DNA of 64,000 nucleotides from Candidatus Didemnitutus sp. (GTDB lineage Bacteria; Verrucomicrobiota; Verrucomicrobiia; Opitutales; Opitutaceae): NCBI GenBank assembly GCA_041906465.1, contig JAYRJE010000015.1, positions 105,340 to 169,339 of the forward strand, read 5' to 3'. Shown piece by piece: positions 61,541 to 64,000 of this stretch (position 1 is its first letter; each line of letters starts with the position of its first letter). The notes under the pieces were generated by a model. It saw only the letters and a program-made list of their open reading frames with translations, ran no database searches and was not told where the DNA came from. The position numbers and the translations under genes were made by a program.

Positions 61541-62644
61541 ATGCGTCGTTTCCTCAAGTTCGCCAAGTTTACCGTCATCGCCGTCGTGGCGGTGTTCCTC
61601 CTCGCTCTCGGACTCTTGTTCACGTTGCGCACGGTGCGGCAGCGCGCGAACGAGAAGACCTTCGCGATCACTTCGGCCCGCGGCATTAATGAAGCCGGCT
61701 ACGTCGAGATCGGCGGCATCAAACAGTGGATCCAAATTCGCGGGCAGGACCGGAACAACCCGGTGTTGCTCTGCGTGCACGGCGGGCCGGGCGGCACGTG
61801 GCTTCCCGTGACGCGCCTGTTCGCGAGTTGGGAGAAGGATTTCACGGTCGTGCTCTGGGACGAACGCGGTGCCGGCAAGACGCTCGCCGCCACCGGCCCC
61901 GGCATCGCGGCGACAATGACGATCGAGCGCATGACGCAGGACGGCGTCGAAGTGGCGGAGCATTTGCGTCGCCGGCTTGGCAAGGAGAAGGTCGCGTTGC
62001 TGGGGCATTCGTTCGGCTCGATGCTCGGGGTGCACATGGTGAAGCGCCGGCCGGAGCTGTTCTCAGTTTTCGTGGGCACGGGCCAGGCGTCCGATCTGCC
62101 GCGCAGTCTCGCGATGGAATATCAGCGTCTGCTTGCTTCGGCGAAGGCGGCGCAGGATGTCCGCACGGTCCGCGAGTTGGCCGCGATCGGCCAGCCGCCG
62201 TTCTCGAACCTGAAGCAAGCGGGTGCGTTCTTTCAGTGTGCCGAGCGCTATCAACCGCCGGCCGACTCCGCGGCGATGGTCGAGCTGCAGCGCAGCCTGC
62301 TCTCGCCGCCGCCGCACTACTCGCTGAGCGACGAATGGAATCGCATGCGCGGGTTCGCCGTCGTGCCGACGTGGGCGCTGTATCACGAAATCCTGAGCGC
62401 GAATCTCGCCACGCTCGGCGCGAATTTCGCCGTGCCGGTCGTGCTGCTCCACGGCACCGACGACCGCGTGACGCCGCTGGCGCTGGCCGAAGAATACTTC
62501 CAGGCGATCAAGGCGCCGCACAAGGAACTCGTGCGGATTGAGCACGGTGGGCACTTCGCGGTTTGGAGCCACGCGGGGAAATTCGGTGAGGAGCTGGCGC
62601 AGCGGGTGCGCCCGTTGGCGATGAAATCGAACGGCCGTCTCTAG
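61541..62644 (+). CDS. Membrane-anchored alpha/beta hydrolase (prolyl aminopeptidase S33-like)
   Basis: N-terminal TM segment; VHGGPG oxyanion motif, WDERGAGK, GHSFG nucleophile, HGTDDRVTP Asp, GGHF His. Confidence 0.85.
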   Translation: MRRFLKFAKFTVIAVVAVFLLALGLLFTLRTVRQRANEKTFAITSARGINEAGYVEIGGIKQWIQIRGQDRNNPVLLCVHGGPGGTWLPVTRLFASWEKDFTVVLWDERGAGKTLAATGPGIAATMTIERMTQDGVEVAEHLRRRLGKEKVALLGHSFGSMLGVHMVKRRPELFSVFVGTGQASDLPRSLAMEYQRLLASAKAAQDVRTVRELAAIGQPPFSNLKQAGAFFQCAERYQPPADSAAMVELQRSLLSPPPHYSLSDEWNRMRGFAVVPTWALYHEILSANLATLGANFAVPVVLLHGTDDRVTPLALAEEYFQAIKAPHKELVRIEHGGHFAVWSHAGKFGEELAQRVRPLAMKSNGRL

Positions 62645-62657
62645 TGAACGAACGCGC

Positions 62658-63794
62658 TCACTCGTCGGGCGGCGGAGGGAGGTGGTAGGTGGTGCTGCGA
62701 CCGCCGGCGCGTCCGGAGCGGAGGATTCCGGCTTCGACGAGCGCTTTGATGTCGCGCAGAGCGGTGTCGAGCGAGCAGCGGGCGAGTTTTGCATAGCGTG
62801 AGGTCGAAAGGTCGGGCTCGGCGGCATCGAGCAGAGCATTGATGACGAGGCGCTGGCGCGCATTAAGCGCAGTCGCGGGCGCGTGGTTAATCCAGTCCCA
62901 CGTGGCGGCTTTGCGGATGATGGCCGCAGACGCGACTTCGGCTCGCTCCAACGCGCGGTCGAAACAGCCGAGAACCCAAGCGAGCCAGAGCGTGATGTCG
63001 GGCGTGCCTTTCTGGCTGCGCTCGAGTGCGCCGTAGTAATTTTTTCGCTCGGCCTCGATCTGCGCGGACATGCTGTAGAAACGCAGCGGCGAACCATCCG
63101 CGCGCGCGAGCGCAAGATCGGCGAGGGCGCGACTGACGCGGCCATTGCCGTCTTGAAATGGGTGCAAGGTGACGAACCAGAAATGTGCGATGCCGGCGCG
63201 CAGCACGGGATCGGTGGAATCGGTTTGTTCGAACCACGCGAGGAAACGATCGACCTCGGCTGGCAAGCGCTCGGCGGCGGGGGCTTCGAAATGGATATTT
63301 TTCCGGCGGATCACGTCGCGACCGATCGGCCCAGACACGACCTGCATGGGATCCATGTCGCGAGTGCGCCATGCGCCGACGAACACGCGTTGCAGGCCAC
63401 TGCGACCGCCCGGGAAGAGCGAGGCTTGCCAACCGAGCAAGCGATCGACCGTGAGCGGAGCGGCAAAATTTTGAGTGGCGTCGAGCATCATATCGACGGC
63501 GCCTTCAACTTGGCGATCAGTGGCAGTCGAGTCGGCCGTTTGCACGCCGAGGCGGCGAGCGATGGACGATCGGACGGTCGACGGATCGAAACGCGTGCCC
63601 TCGATGGCGCTGGATTGGATGACTTCGGTGGTGAGGTTTTCGAGCGCGGCTTCGGAGCGGAAACGAAACCCGAGGCCCTTCATGTGCCCGAGCAGATGGC
63701 CTTGCCGGTGGTGGACGCGGACCAGTAATGGGGTCAAATCGGCCTCATTCCACGTGAAATTCGGCCAATCCGGGTGCTGGTGGATGTAGCGCAC
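62658..63794 (-). CDS. Fic family protein with N-terminal DUF4172 and C-terminal winged HTH
   Basis: GTG 63794 gives MRYIHQHPDWPNF; inhibitory-helix motif SSAIEG; Fic core HPFQDGNGRVSR; C-terminal TSRYAKLARCSLDTALRDIKALVEAG...GGRSTTY. Confidence 0.92.
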   Translation of the reverse strand: MRYIHQHPDWPNFTWNEADLTPLLVRVHHRQGHLLGHMKGLGFRFRSEAALENLTTEVIQSSAIEGTRFDPSTVRSSIARRLGVQTADSTATDRQVEGAVDMMLDATQNFAAPLTVDRLLGWQASLFPGGRSGLQRVFVGAWRTRDMDPMQVVSGPIGRDVIRRKNIHFEAPAAERLPAEVDRFLAWFEQTDSTDPVLRAGIAHFWFVTLHPFQDGNGRVSRALADLALARADGSPLRFYSMSAQIEAERKNYYGALERSQKGTPDITLWLAWVLGCFDRALERAEVASAAIIRKAATWDWINHAPATALNARQRLVINALLDAAEPDLSTSRYAKLARCSLDTALRDIKALVEAGILRSGRAGGRSTTYHLPPPPDE

Positions 63795-63816
63795 GGTGAG
63801 ATGAATGCGTCTCTCG

Positions 63817-63861
63817 TGCGGCGAATACAAGGCTTATTCGCCGCACTGGATGCGGTGAATA
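63817..63861. promoter_or_regulatory. Three alternating 11-bp boxes upstream of the Fic gene (candidate operator)
   Basis: TGCGGCGAATA (63817-63827), TATTCGCCGCA (63835-63845, exact reverse complement), TGCGGTGAATA (63851-63861). Confidence 0.55.
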
Positions 63862-64000
63862 AGTTGGGTGTTCGCCGTCAACGGCCGAGAGTGCGTGCAC
63901 CAGCAGCGATCATCCTCACAGGAACGTTGCTTCACTGGTCAGACGCTGGGCGCTCGGCTTCGTATTCGCACTGCAATGCGACCGGCTTGAACCGGAAGTC

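Noticed and set aside
63932-64000. Possible 3' end of a minus-strand CDS (DFRFKPVALQCEYEAERPASDQ*)
   Set aside because: Only 22 codons are visible; it cannot be distinguished from chance or assigned a function.
1-64000. Mobile-element or prophage boundaries around the giant-gene cluster
   Set aside because: No integrase, transposase, tRNA target or flanking direct repeat was recognised in the window.

Overview
GC-rich bacterial window. The protein families and intergenic repeats suggest Verrucomicrobia/Opitutaceae (inference). All family names come from motif recognition by eye; no HMM or BLAST was run. Left end: T2SS genes (secretin gspD, 5' part of a gspE-like ATPase) diverge from an operon of a small secreted protein, a matrixin-type metalloprotease with a GlyGly-CTERM-like tail, and a rhombosortase. 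A hybrid histidine kinase and a NarL/LuxR regulator follow. About 45 kb is taken by four large signal-peptide-bearing modular proteins of about 4230, 6787, 1757 and 2064 aa, built from beta-propeller-type repeats, Ig-like domains and hydrolase domains. Main finding: all four end in the same 127-aa C-terminal domain, which aligns without gaps and carries a DxDxDG-N-L-x-E-Y motif, ETWRAT and an invariant Cys. A diverged stand-alone copy of this domain is also encoded in the cluster. Together these are a candidate C-terminal secretion/anchoring system next to a T2SS. A PL11 rhamnogalacturonan lyase interrupts the cluster on the opposite strand. Right end: LysR / AlgE-like porin / DHA2 MFS unit, an alpha/beta hydrolase and a DUF4172-Fic gene. 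Two families of small palindromic intergenic repeats are present. No rRNA, tRNA, CRISPR array, transposase or integrase was recognised.
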